Below, one piece after another: positions 1 through 7,609 of a stretch of 64,000 nt of DNA. Both the position numbers and the translations under genes were made by a program. Below the pieces are notes generated by a model. That model was not told where the DNA came from, did not search any database, and saw only the letters and a list, made by a program, of their open reading frames with translations. The first letter of the stretch is position 1; each line of letters opens with the position of its first letter. The stretch comes from Candidatus Thalassarchaeaceae archaeon (GTDB lineage Archaea > Thermoplasmatota > Poseidoniia > Poseidoniales > Thalassarchaeaceae), in the NCBI GenBank assembly GCA_029250605.1, contig JAQXEZ010000006.1, positions 11,535 to 75,534 on the forward strand, given 5' to 3'.

Positions 1-70
1 AGGTGACGACCTTTGGAATCTTGAGACATAGTGCCTCACCATTGATGAGTGATGGTTTCCACGACCATTC

Positions 71-619
71 GTGCGAACGGTCTTGATGTCACTAGTTCTA
101 CTCGTCTCGATGGCATCTGCGGCTGCAGCCTCTCAAGGAGGCGTCAATGAGGAGGCTTCGATAGAGGGAACCGGAGTCGAGAGTGTTTTGCACCCCAGTG
201 CCACATCCGCAGGGGAAGTTTTCGAAGTTAGAGTATGGCTAAATGAGGAATCAGCGAGCAACGTCTCGACAGTAACCTGGGTGACTCAGGTATGCATTAA
301 CTCAGGCATCTGCTACCCACCAGAGACACATTCAATGACTGGTGATGGTGATGTTTGGGAGGGCGCAATTGTGCCAGAGGAAACAGTGACCTACGTAAAC
401 TGGAAAATCGAGATTCAATGGGAGGATGGGAACTCCACAAGCATCCCGGAAAATGGATTCGGCTGGAAGGTTTGGTCCGACTGCTGGTACGACAATGGGA
501 TTTGGGGGGGCGAGTCTACCGAATGTCAGGAGGGTGACTCGAGTTTCATACCGGGTTTCGCGTCTCCTTTGGCAATTGCTTCCATATCCTTGGCGACATT
601 GATTATTCGACGTGAGTGA
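71..619 (+). CDS. Small secreted protein with PGF-CTERM (archaeosortase-type) sorting signal
   Basis: 182-aa ORF (GTG 71; first ATG 86). It has a hydrophobic signal-like N-terminus (MSLVLLVSMASAAAASQG). The C-terminus FIPGFASPLAIASISLATLIIRRE (nt 551-616) is a PGF motif, a TM helix and a basic tail. No catalytic motif recognised. Confidence 0.6.
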   Translation: MRTVLMSLVLLVSMASAAAASQGGVNEEASIEGTGVESVLHPSATSAGEVFEVRVWLNEESASNVSTVTWVTQVCINSGICYPPETHSMTGDGDVWEGAIVPEETVTYVNWKIEIQWEDGNSTSIPENGFGWKVWSDCWYDNGIWGGESTECQEGDSSFIPGFASPLAIASISLATLIIRRE

Positions 620-627
620 GAAGGAAC

Positions 628-1305
628 ATGGTAGGGGTCGAAAAGGAGCCTGGCTTCATTGACTTAGACTTCGTCGAGGCCGACAGCGAAACCATGCTTT
701 CCAAGGCGCGCTCATTCTACGAGCAGATGGATCGTCGGAGGACCACTCGGCACTTCTCCAATAGGGAGGTCCCCCGTGAATTGATTGAGCTCGCAATTAG
801 GACAGCAAGCACAGCCCCCTCCGGAGCCCATCTCCAGCCTTGGACATTCGTGGCAATCTCGAACAAGGAGTTGAAGGCGGTAATCCGAGAGGAGGCGGAG
901 AAGGAAGAGGCTAGGTTCTACGAGGAAAGGATACCCGAGGAGTGGGAGGAAGTTCTAGCACCACTTGGTACTGATCAGTTGAAGGAGCACATCACTGAAG
1001 CTCCATGGGTCATTGTTCTGTTCAGGCACTCGAAGAGGGAAAGAGGGGATGGTTTCGCACCTACATACTACTCACAGGAGTCTTGTGGCATTGCAGCCGG
1101 CCTGTTCATCTCCGCAGTCCACAACATGGGTCTGGCGACGCTACCTCACACGCCCTCTCCGATGGGTTTCCTGCGGGAAATACTTCAGAGGCCTAAGCAC
1201 GAGCACGCAATGCTGCTACTCCCTGTCGGTTACCCTGCAGAGGGGGCCAAAGTTCCCGACTTGTCGAGAAAGGCGTTGGATGAGGTCTCGGATTTCCGAG
1301 ATTGA
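628..1305 (+). CDS. Nitroreductase-superfamily flavoprotein, iodotyrosine deiodinase (IYD)-like
   Basis: Start taken at ATG 628 (the ORF opens at GTG 616, overlapping the previous stop). Motifs RRTTRHFS, IRTASTAPSGAHLQPWTFV, LLLPVGYPAEGAKVPDLSRK run nearly collinear with my recollection of the animal/bacterial IYD family. Confidence 0.8.
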   Translation: MVGVEKEPGFIDLDFVEADSETMLSKARSFYEQMDRRRTTRHFSNREVPRELIELAIRTASTAPSGAHLQPWTFVAISNKELKAVIREEAEKEEARFYEERIPEEWEEVLAPLGTDQLKEHITEAPWVIVLFRHSKRERGDGFAPTYYSQESCGIAAGLFISAVHNMGLATLPHTPSPMGFLREILQRPKHEHAMLLLPVGYPAEGAKVPDLSRKALDEVSDFRD

Positions 1306-1334
1306 TTAAGTATCGCTGCGACTCCCGATTACCC

Positions 1335-2309
1335 ATGAAGAGTACCAGAAAGAACGCCTTGGCGATTCTACTAGCCCTACTGATGACTGCCTCTGCCCTA
1401 TCGGGCTGCTCAGGAACCGATGACGATGTGGATGACGAGCCTAGGGATCTCGAGGACTGGGACGTTTTCCTGGTGCAGGGCTCGTCCAATCTCCCTTCAT
1501 GCGATTCAACAACAGAAGGAAGGCTCTACTATGTGTCTTCTGAGTCGGGATTCCAAACCTGCTCGAATGGCTCGTGGCAGTCGATTGATCTAACTGGCCC
1601 GAATGGTGACCAGGGTCCAGCGGGCCCAGCGGGAGCAGACGGAGAAGCGGGTCCAGCGGGCCCAGCGGGGGAAGCCGGGACATCGTTCTCGATTATCGGA
1701 ACCGTGGAGGAAACTTCTGATCTCGGAGAGATATACATCGGCGACTCAGGGGACGCTTTCATGGTAAAATCAACCGTACACATCCACGTTTGGAGTGGCT
1801 CTGAGTGGATTGATCTCGGGAACATCTCAGGCCCTGAGGGCCCTCCCGGGCCACAGGGGAACCCCGGAGCAAATGGTGCTGCGGGCTCGGCGGGAGCTGA
1901 TGGTGAGTCGGGGCCGACGGGACCAGAGGGTCCTGCTGGAGAGGATGGGGCCGCTGGTTCGATGCCTGTGATGATGGAGATGGAAGTCATAGTCTCAGGC
2001 ATGAAGTTCTACATAGATTCCATCCTGCAAGCAGATGTAACTCTCTACAGGGGCTTCACCTACACCTTCGATCAGTCGGCTTCTAGTAACTCCCCCCATC
2101 CTCTTAGAATATCCACCACCAGCGATGGAACGAACGGTGGAGGAATCCAGTACACTGATGGGGTGACATACACGGGGAGCCAGGGTTCGAACGGCCTGCT
2201 GACATTCACGGTTCCTTTGGATGCTCCAGACACACTGTACTACTATTGTCAGAATCATGGAAACATGGGAGGGGAGATTTCTATCCAATCCCTAGGAAGC
2301 GTCTCGTGA
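1335..2309 (+). CDS. Lipoprotein with two collagen-like Gly-X-Y runs, a tail-fibre-like spacer and a C-terminal cupredoxin-like domain
   Basis: Start moved to ATG 1335 (MKSTRKNALAILLALLMTASALSGC, a signal peptide plus lipobox-like LSGC). Gly-X-Y runs lie at nt 1596-1679 (9 triplets) and 1830-1958 (14 triplets). The C-terminus has PHPLRI ... YYYCQNHGNMGG (Cys-x2-His-x2-Met at nt 2247-2267), a type-1 copper ligand-loop pattern like amicyanin. Confidence 0.7.
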   Translation: MKSTRKNALAILLALLMTASALSGCSGTDDDVDDEPRDLEDWDVFLVQGSSNLPSCDSTTEGRLYYVSSESGFQTCSNGSWQSIDLTGPNGDQGPAGPAGADGEAGPAGPAGEAGTSFSIIGTVEETSDLGEIYIGDSGDAFMVKSTVHIHVWSGSEWIDLGNISGPEGPPGPQGNPGANGAAGSAGADGESGPTGPEGPAGEDGAAGSMPVMMEMEVIVSGMKFYIDSILQADVTLYRGFTYTFDQSASSNSPHPLRISTTSDGTNGGGIQYTDGVTYTGSQGSNGLLTFTVPLDAPDTLYYYCQNHGNMGGEISIQSLGSVS

Positions 2310-3269
2310 GTTCTGGCTCTGTCGTGAGGCATCTTCCGGGGGGACAGCAAACACCAATGCCACTCCTGACCCAATGATGAGCAGTCCGCCCATCCAGTCA
2401 GCAGGATCGAGAGTCTCCCCGAAAATTGCAAATCCGTAGAAAGTTGCTACTATTACAGTGAGGTAGGAGAAGGCGCTGACCCATGCAGCATTCGCCTTGT
2501 GGTATGCCATTGTGATTCCGATCTGACCTCCTCCTGCTCCGATCCCTACTCCAACCAGAGAAGCGATTGTTGCGGAATCTAGAGATGGGACATCGGGAGC
2601 GGCTTGGATGATGCTTCCACAGACAGAGAAGGCTGCGAACCAGAACACTACAGTAGCAGGCGAGTCAGTCTTCCTGAGTTCTCTGACGTACATGTATGCC
2701 AGAGCAGCGAAGAATCCGGATCCCAACGCCAAGAGCGCGTCTGGCTCGATGCTACCCAGTTCAGGTGAGATAATCAGGACGATTCCAACAAATGCAGTAA
2801 TGACGAGCATGGCAACGCCGGATGAGACGCGTTCTGCCAGAATCCTTCCCGAAAGCAGCGCTACGAAAAGCGGGCCTGTGTACTGGAGAGTGACGGCTTG
2901 GCCTATGGGGATCCTGCTGAGGGCGGTGAAGTAGAGAATCATCGCCAGAAGTCCTACGGAGCATCTGAGTAGCATTGTCTTCCTGTCATTGACCCTCAAG
3001 CTGATTCCCCGGGATGCCGCGAAAGCGGCCACTGCGAACGCAATCACCGCAGACCTGACCATGATGATCATCCACACATCAGCATGGTCGCTCGTCCATT
3101 TGACCAACGCATTCATTGTCCCAAAGCAGACGCTGCCGAAAATCATCCAGAGGACAGCGGCCTTCGGGGAGTCCGGCATCTCTTCCTCGGTTACGAATGA
3201 GGATAGGTCGGGACCTTCAGTACTGGAGTAGATTTCCCCCAAACCTCTTCCCAGCCCGCTTTTTGCCAT
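2292..3269 (-). CDS. EamA/DMT-family 10-TM transporter with a ParB-like N-terminal GLGRGL peptide
   Basis: Start taken at ATG 3269, 1 nt after the parA stop (3271-3273). The ORF-track start at 3347 would overlap parA by 77 nt. The N-terminus is MAKSGLGRGLGEIYSS, followed by an acidic linker. The rest is a typical duplicated EamA hydrophobic pattern (LQYTGPLFVALLSGRILAERVS..., GLLIIGSGVALVF). Confidence 0.75.
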   Translation of the reverse strand: MAKSGLGRGLGEIYSSTEGPDLSSFVTEEEMPDSPKAAVLWMIFGSVCFGTMNALVKWTSDHADVWMIIMVRSAVIAFAVAAFAASRGISLRVNDRKTMLLRCSVGLLAMILYFTALSRIPIGQAVTLQYTGPLFVALLSGRILAERVSSGVAMLVITAFVGIVLIISPELGSIEPDALLALGSGFFAALAYMYVRELRKTDSPATVVFWFAAFSVCGSIIQAAPDVPSLDSATIASLVGVGIGAGGGQIGITMAYHKANAAWVSAFSYLTVIVATFYGFAIFGETLDPADWMGGLLIIGSGVALVFAVPPEDASRQSQNSRDAS

Positions 3270-3270
3270 C

Positions 3271-4233
3271 TTAAGACAGACCCCAACGATGTTGCAATTC
3301 CGTGGTAATTGCCTGGTAGTCCTTGCCTCCGGCACTGGAGGGGTCATGGAGGTGAATTGGAACTCCGTGGCTTGGTGCCTCTGCCAATCTCACGTTCCTC
3401 CTAATAGCGGGCCTGACGACTAAGTCAGGGAAGTTTTCCAGGACCTCGCCTGCAACTTGTTTGTTCAGCAGTGTCTGCGAGTGCATGGTCAGTAGGACTC
3501 CATCCACCCCCAATCTATCGTTCAGCAGACTCCTGACTTCCCGAATTGTTCCAGCCAATAGGGCCAATCCCTCCAATGCGAAGTATTCGGTCTGAACCGG
3601 AACTAGTACCCCATCGGAGGCCACCAATGCGTTGATTGTCACTAGGCCCAGTGAAGGGGGGGTGTCAATCAGTACGAGGTCGTAGTGAGCAAGCAAGGGT
3701 TCGAGTGCCTCCTTCATCCTCTTCTCCCTCCCGAGTTGCCTCATCATCTCCTGTTCCAAACCAATCAAACTCTTGTCTCCGACTATGATGTGCAGATTAT
3801 CCACTGCTGTAGCGTGCCTGGAGTCGACTGCAGTCTCCGGGGTTAGAATCAGGTCTCGTGTGGTAGTCCTGACCCTACTCTTATCCACGCCTAGCCCGGT
3901 TGCGCAGTTTCCCTGGGAATCAGAGTCAATCACAAGGACCCGGAAACCCCTCAGTGCAAGTTGGGCTGCGATGTTGATGACTGTGGTAGTCTTACCAACT
4001 CCACCCTTTTGGTTGATTACGGTGACTACCCTTGCCCTACCTTCTGGAGTGGGCAATGAAAGCGGGAGCTCCATCGGGCTTCGTGACCTATTTGCCCTGA
4101 TCTCCTCCGCCGAATCGAGAGGTGGTGCAAGGTTTTCGTCTTCCTCCTCCAAGAATTCTACGTCGATTATCAATGGAGCATCACCTACTTCTGGCAGTTC
4201 TTCGTCGCCATCTGAGGAGTTCATCCGAGGCAA
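3271..4233 (-). CDS. parA: ParA/Soj-family partition ATPase with an acidic N-terminal extension of about 68 aa
   Basis: Deviant Walker A VINQKGGVGKTTT, Walker B-like LVLIDTPPSLG and a DSDSQGN motif. The acidic N-terminal region (DGDEELPEVGD...EEEDENL) is not typical of ParA. Confidence 0.9.
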   Translation of the reverse strand: MPRMNSSDGDEELPEVGDAPLIIDVEFLEEEDENLAPPLDSAEEIRANRSRSPMELPLSLPTPEGRARVVTVINQKGGVGKTTTVINIAAQLALRGFRVLVIDSDSQGNCATGLGVDKSRVRTTTRDLILTPETAVDSRHATAVDNLHIIVGDKSLIGLEQEMMRQLGREKRMKEALEPLLAHYDLVLIDTPPSLGLVTINALVASDGVLVPVQTEYFALEGLALLAGTIREVRSLLNDRLGVDGVLLTMHSQTLLNKQVAGEVLENFPDLVVRPAIRRNVRLAEAPSHGVPIHLHDPSSAGGKDYQAITTELQHRWGLS

Positions 4234-4293
4234 CGGCGCTAGGAGCCGTGTTGAACATGACGCTTGCTTGGGGGATGGAAATGCGTGTTTGCT

Positions 4294-6384
4294 TTAGCCC
4301 GTGGAACGGTCGATGAGATACCATAGAACCATCTCACCGGTCTCGGCATCCATTGCCATGTCTAGTGACTTGTCTCTCCCGTCTTCTTCCCAATTCCTTG
4401 TTGTGGCCATTGTCACCTTGCCATCTCCCAGATCTCCAGGAAGGAAGCTAAGGATCTCATTGTCCTCTGTGACAGAAAGCCTGTAGCCAACCTCTGCTTC
4501 TGGGTTCCAGGAGCTCCCGGATTGAATGAATGGGGATAGGTCTGGGTATCGTTCGGGGCTTAGGATTCGTTGTTCCAACAGAGACAACGTCTGTGTGCTA
4601 GGGATTGAGTCGCGGTTCCATGAAACATCGCCCCTATTGTTTGAGCCAGAGGAGATGACATCGCAACCCTCTGGAGACTGACGTAGAACCAACCATCCTG
4701 AGGCATCGTCTTCATCCACCCATGACATATTCCACTCGCCTTCGCCGGTGGGTTTGGACCACGATGCCTTCCAGATGTATCCCCCAGAATCTAAGGCCTC
4801 GGTTGCTTGGTTGTTTGGATGACTTGATTTTAGACAGGTGACGGCCTCTTCGAGATCGAACTGCCTGATGTCGGACTCGTCCCACATGGAATCAACCCAG
4901 TTTCTCTTGGTTGAGGTCCCGGGCCTATCTTCTCCATCTGTGGGGCTTGTTGTGTAGTCACGGTTCCAGTCTATTGGTTTGCTTCCAGGTGAAGAATCAG
5001 TCCGAGAGAATGTTGTGGTGATGGAGAGCGTGCCTTGGGGTAGAATCTCGTCGGACAGCGAACTAACTAGGAAATCACAGTCCTTTGTCTGCAAGTCCTT
5101 GTCTAGGAGAATATCAGACATCTGCTTTACCGGCCAAGAGCTACCGCTCTGAACGTAGATCTGGATCGTTGCATGCCCGAAACATCTTCCGATTTCCTCG
5201 TGTTCGAGGAAAACCGGGTAGACGAGCCCGTGGATATCGTCTCTGAACTCCTTCTTGACCTCCCACTTCCAGTCTGAGTTCCAATTGATGTCGGGGTCCG
5301 ATGACCTCGCTCCCTCCTTGATAACAACGTCACCAAAGAAGCCGTGAAGCTCTATCGGGGTCATGGGGAACGATAGGATTGGGAGGAGTTCCGCCAACCC
5401 TCCGAGACCCCCTGCATCATAGGTTACGGCTCTGAGGTTGGTGGTCACGGAGTCAACGTCGCTGAAAGAGACTGATGTGTGGGTCCTCTTGACCTCTGTC
5501 TTCTCTATCTCCACCCAACTGGTTGAGTCTACCGACAGATCGTTACCCGACATTACCCATCTGATGTTTCCACAATCGGTTTCAGCATCGTCTCTCCAGG
5601 TCCTTCCCTCGAAGTCAACGTCAAGATCCATGCTAATCGTCTTCTCAACTGATAGGAAACCGGACCTCCCCAAGCTATCGGTGGTTTCTACGGCACCCGA
5701 TTCGGGGCCATCTGCTACCAGAACAGTCCCAGTTCCATCCATTTCCATTGAGAATTCTCCACAGGACGGATCTAGGATCCCACCAGCCGAGTCTCTAACT
5801 ATGCTGAGCATCTCCTCACCATTGATGCTGACGCTAGAATCGATTACCTGGAAGTCCATGTTCTCTCCGAATCTCAGTTTCGAGACTGTGAAACCGGAGC
5901 TCCTCTGGAGGAAAACTGTAGCAGCGGCGCCGACGAGGATTGTAACAAGTAGGACAGCAACGACCGCCTTCCATCGATCACCCAGAGAAGATAGGGTAGG
6001 CATTGAGATGACCAGTGATGGCTGATCGTCCTCACCAAGGATAACCGGTTCTAGGGTGGCGGGGGTTTTCTCTGGATCGGGAGAAACTACCTCGGCCTCT
6101 ACGATTTCGGCCTCTACGACCTCTCCTATCCTGGATAGGACCTCGTCCACCTTCTCTCGGGTATCGGGAGGATCGTCATCAACGACAAGAGCATCTTCTC
6201 CCCAAGATTCCTCTTCTGGAGCCTCGTTTGGGTCATCTAGGATTCCTGCATCCTCAAGAATCCTATCGACTAGTACGGACTTCTTTCCCGATACTAGGAG
6301 TCCTCTATCCTTGCAAATCTCCCTTAGCTTCGCTACTGTGTTTGAGGTAAGCGACTCTCGGTCAATTGAAACATCTTCGGTCAT
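4294..6384 (-). CDS. Single-pass membrane protein: N-terminal SAP DNA-binding motif, acidic linker, TM helix, extracytoplasmic domain of about 535 aa with unknown fold
   Basis: Residues 12-44 (LTSNTVAKLREICKDRGLLVSGKKSVLVDRILE, nt 6253-6351) match the SAP helix-extended loop-helix consensus. A TM helix KAVVAVLLVTILVGAAATVFL lies around residues 139-159. Nothing is recognisable in the remainder. Confidence 0.7.
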   Translation of the reverse strand: MTEDVSIDRESLTSNTVAKLREICKDRGLLVSGKKSVLVDRILEDAGILDDPNEAPEEESWGEDALVVDDDPPDTREKVDEVLSRIGEVVEAEIVEAEVVSPDPEKTPATLEPVILGEDDQPSLVISMPTLSSLGDRWKAVVAVLLVTILVGAAATVFLQRSSGFTVSKLRFGENMDFQVIDSSVSINGEEMLSIVRDSAGGILDPSCGEFSMEMDGTGTVLVADGPESGAVETTDSLGRSGFLSVEKTISMDLDVDFEGRTWRDDAETDCGNIRWVMSGNDLSVDSTSWVEIEKTEVKRTHTSVSFSDVDSVTTNLRAVTYDAGGLGGLAELLPILSFPMTPIELHGFFGDVVIKEGARSSDPDINWNSDWKWEVKKEFRDDIHGLVYPVFLEHEEIGRCFGHATIQIYVQSGSSWPVKQMSDILLDKDLQTKDCDFLVSSLSDEILPQGTLSITTTFSRTDSSPGSKPIDWNRDYTTSPTDGEDRPGTSTKRNWVDSMWDESDIRQFDLEEAVTCLKSSHPNNQATEALDSGGYIWKASWSKPTGEGEWNMSWVDEDDASGWLVLRQSPEGCDVISSGSNNRGDVSWNRDSIPSTQTLSLLEQRILSPERYPDLSPFIQSGSSWNPEAEVGYRLSVTEDNEILSFLPGDLGDGKVTMATTRNWEEDGRDKSLDMAMDAETGEMVLWYLIDRSTG

Positions 6385-6491
6385 GCTCTGTGACTCAGTC
6401 CGGCCCTGAGGCTTTCAATCTCTCCGACTTCGTGGGCCTCCGGGGGCATACTCCTCGTGTTGCCACGAATTCCCGAGGGAAAGGGTTGAAG

Positions 6492-7466
6492 ATGACCTCT
6501 TGGACGGCGCAGACCATGGAACCAAGGGTCGTACTCCTCTCGAGAGGCCCCGAGCTGTATAGCACTAGGAGGCTTGCAACCGAGGCCGAGAAGGGTGGAT
6601 GGCTGGTCGACATAATCGACCCCCTTGCACTAACCATAGTGGTCGATGATAATGGAGGGAGGGTCTTCCACAGGGGTTGGCCTGTGGAATGTGAGGCGGT
6701 ACTCCCGAGGATTGGTTACTCCATCACTAGGAGAGGTGTTTCTATAGTGAGGCAATTTGAGCAATCTGGAGTCATCGTTCTAAACTCGAGCCAAGGCATC
6801 CTCAGGAGTAGGGACAAACTTGTTGCATGCCAAATGATGGCCGAGGCTCGAGTACCCGTTCCAATCACTGCTCAAGTTGGAGCTTGGGAAGACACCGACC
6901 GCGCAATTAGAAGGGTCGGAGGCGCTCCTTGCGTGGTCAAGTCAACGGAGGGCACCCATGGATCAGGGGTCTTCTTGGTTAACTCGGCACAGCAGGCAAG
7001 GCAACTAGTCTTCCAGATGCTTGAGAGGGGGATGAGGCCATTGGTTCAGGAATACATCAAGGAATCCCATGGCAGCGACATCCGCGCACTTGTCGTAGGA
7101 GGGGAAGTGGTGGCTTCGATGCGTAGGAAGGCCCATGGCAGCGAGTTCCGTTCCAACTTCCATCTTGGCGGTTCTGTTAGCAATGTAGAATTGTCTTCGG
7201 AGCAGAGAGAGATTGCGATTCGCTCTACAGAAACACTGGGACTTGAGTTGGCTGGGGTCGATATGCTAGAGTCCGATCGAGGACCCCTGGTCCTGGAGGT
7301 CAACTCCAGCCCCGGGCTGGAAGGAATAGAGGGCGCCACGAAGATAAACGTAGCAGAGAAGGTTGCGACACGAATGAACAAACTGTATGAGGACATCTTA
7401 GTGGATGAGAGCGAGGTCGAGGAGGCCCCCAATTCCAACGTAAGCCACCCTGAGCGATCTTTCTGA
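6492..7466 (+). CDS. rimK: RimK-type ATP-grasp ligase (alpha-L-glutamate ligase family)
   Basis: Start moved to ATG 6492 (MTSWTAQTMEPRVVLLSRGPELYSTRRL). ATP-grasp motifs: VVKSTEGTHGSGVFLV, QEYIKESHGSDIRALVVGG, GVDMLESDRGPLVLEVNSSPGLEGIE. It is divergent from the SAP-protein gene. Confidence 0.8.
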   Translation: MTSWTAQTMEPRVVLLSRGPELYSTRRLATEAEKGGWLVDIIDPLALTIVVDDNGGRVFHRGWPVECEAVLPRIGYSITRRGVSIVRQFEQSGVIVLNSSQGILRSRDKLVACQMMAEARVPVPITAQVGAWEDTDRAIRRVGGAPCVVKSTEGTHGSGVFLVNSAQQARQLVFQMLERGMRPLVQEYIKESHGSDIRALVVGGEVVASMRRKAHGSEFRSNFHLGGSVSNVELSSEQREIAIRSTETLGLELAGVDMLESDRGPLVLEVNSSPGLEGIEGATKINVAEKVATRMNKLYEDILVDESEVEEAPNSNVSHPERSF

Positions 7467-7609
7467 GCACTTCGGCGAAGAACAACCCTCCTGTTAACCT
7501 GCTTCAACTGCTCGAGGTTTGGAGAAGCATTCAAGTCCCGATACGTCTCGTTGCCTTCGTCCTACGGGACAGGGATGCACACGCCGTTAGTGGCGGGAGG
7601 CGAGATGGG

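Noticed and set aside
355-537. Nested small ORFs inside annotated genes (for example 355-537, 1005-1196 and 1013-1309, and many of 60-100 aa throughout the track).
   Set aside because: These are alternative-frame readings of clearly coding regions, with no independent support.
3270-3347. Upstream extension of the EamA ORF (MTPPVPEARTTRQLPRNCNIVGVCLK).
   Set aside because: It would overlap the 3' end of parA by 77 nt. The internal ATG at 3269 sits 1 nt after the parA stop and yields a ParB-like N-terminus.
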